A model generated the notes under the pieces. That model was not told the origin of the DNA, ran no database searches, and saw only the letters and a list, made by a program, of their open reading frames with translations. From a virus: a stretch of DNA of 40,932 nucleotides. This document shows positions 40,338-40,932 of this stretch, piece after piece (the first letter of the stretch is position 1; every line of letters starts with the position of its first letter). The stretch spans positions 1 through 40,932 of IMG/VR virus record IMGVR_UViG_3300043464_000933; one strand, given 5' to 3'. A program made the position numbers and the translations under genes.

Positions 40338-40548
40338 TGCCTGGTGGGGTTATTCTGAAAATCTTTCTGGCCATATCCACAAACACCAAGGTAAGTGTGG
40401 CATTGACTCCGACCGCCAAGTTATCATTTGCTTGTAATATTTTCATGTATTTTAGCAAGGGAGGCGCAAGGTATGAGCCTAACATTGCCAAACCAACCAT
40501 ACTGAAGGCAAAAACTTGCATAAAGTTTTTATGGTTGTATCTCAACAT
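40327..40548 (-). CDS. holin candidate (73 aa, two hydrophobic segments)
   Basis: VFAFSMVGLAMLGSYLAPPLL and LAVGVNATLTLVFV. It lies 4 nt (positions 40549..40552) downstream of the endolysin gene and has a charged C-terminus. Confidence 0.45.
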   Translation of the reverse strand: MLRYNHKNFMQVFAFSMVGLAMLGSYLAPPLLKYMKILQANDNLAVGVNATLTLVFVDMARKIFRITPPGNER

Positions 40549-40552
40549 TACG

Positions 40553-40918
40553 TCAGTATAGCCACATTACATCGAAGTCAAGGCTCGGGTCGCAGTCAAC
40601 ATGAATGAAAGTCTTTGCAACGCCTATTCGGTTGAATCCTACCTCAATGGCTGCCTGTATTAACTGCATACGTTCACGGCCACTTGTGGCGGCAATATCG
40701 GCAGCCCATCCCCGCAAGTGCGGACTGTTGGTTGCCCCCTTAACCTTTGCGTTGTGCAGTTCGGTTCTAAAGCCTGATGTTATCTTCATTGGCTTGCCAT
40801 ACACGTCACGCATCTTTTGCAGACGATTGATGAATTCGGCTTGCATCTTTGCCCCCGTACCAGGTAGGCCGTGGGTGTCAAACTCTGATGCCTTGAAGTT
40901 CTTGGTTTCCCAGCTCAT
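40553..40918 (-). CDS. endolysin, peptidase M15 (VanY / L-Ala-D-Glu peptidase-like, 121 aa)
   Basis: Zinc-ligand pattern SPHLRGWAAD (H-x6-D) plus the distal FIHVD. Small size typical of M15 phage lysins. Confidence 0.8.
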   Translation of the reverse strand: MSWETKNFKASEFDTHGLPGTGAKMQAEFINRLQKMRDVYGKPMKITSGFRTELHNAKVKGATNSPHLRGWAADIAATSGRERMQLIQAAIEVGFNRIGVAKTFIHVDCDPSLDFDVMWLY

Positions 40919-40932
40919 TTCTTTTTCGGTCT
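40806..40932. repeat. Terminal direct repeat copy 2 (circular-closure overlap)
   Basis: Identical to bases 1-127. Confidence 0.95.

Noticed and set aside
1-40932. A prophage or integrative element with att sites formed by the 127-bp end repeats.
   Set aside because: There is no integrase, recombinase or flanking host gene. The repeat lies inside the endolysin ORF and restores it on circularisation, so it is an assembly overlap rather than attL/attR.

Overview
The window is a complete, circularly closed genome of a tailed dsDNA bacteriophage. Bases 1-127 are identical to bases 40806-40932, which leaves 40,805 unique bp. The host is very probably a member of Bacteroidota, on three grounds: repeated TTTG-N18-22-TAnnTTTG promoter architecture built on TTTGCAAA palindromes, no Shine-Dalgarno motifs before start codons, and one gene product that ends in a T9SS-type C-terminal sorting signal. 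I found no integrase, transposase, tRNA, rRNA or CRISPR array, so it looks like a lytic phage.

Most genes lie on the minus strand:
- Lysis cassette: 40918->39725.
- Tail and tape-measure module, ending in a large secreted metalloprotease: 39707->24271.
- Portal-like gene plus two large virion genes: 19220->14413.
- Early/replication module (HTH protein, ParB-like protein, iteron-containing initiator, DnaB, RuvC-like resolvase, SSB-like protein, small unknowns): 12768->6022.
- Three tiny lysine-rich proteins, a ParB-methyltransferase fusion, a small-terminase candidate, TerL and neck-like genes: 5926->188.

Four self-contained plus-strand transcription units interrupt this layout:
- An FkbM-methyltransferase cassette: 12843-14402.
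- A Gp157-like plus GT25 glycosyltransferase cassette: 19259-20409.
- The scaffold/major-capsid cassette: 20512-22930.
- A cassette carrying a second orphan DNA methyltransferase: 23082-24196.

The observations most worth a second look:
1. An 18-codon in-frame extension behind the capsid-gene stop codon. Its peptide is conserved with the C-terminus of a tail protein, with many synonymous codon differences.
2. A phage-encoded, signal-peptide-bearing reprolysin-like metalloprotease with two discoidin-like domains and a shortened T9SS sorting domain.
3. Two fully overlapping divergent promoters made from two TTTGCAAA palindromes.
4. A lambda-like origin (four iterons plus an AT-rich tract) inside the initiator gene.
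5. Two candidate -1 frameshift sites: a T9 run before the tape-measure gene and T TTT TTA at a fibre-gene junction.
6. A scattered set of glycan-modifying enzymes.
7. TAnnTTTG boxes sitting 4-6 nt from start codons, which would imply leaderless mRNAs.

All family assignments come from motifs read by eye. No database search was run.
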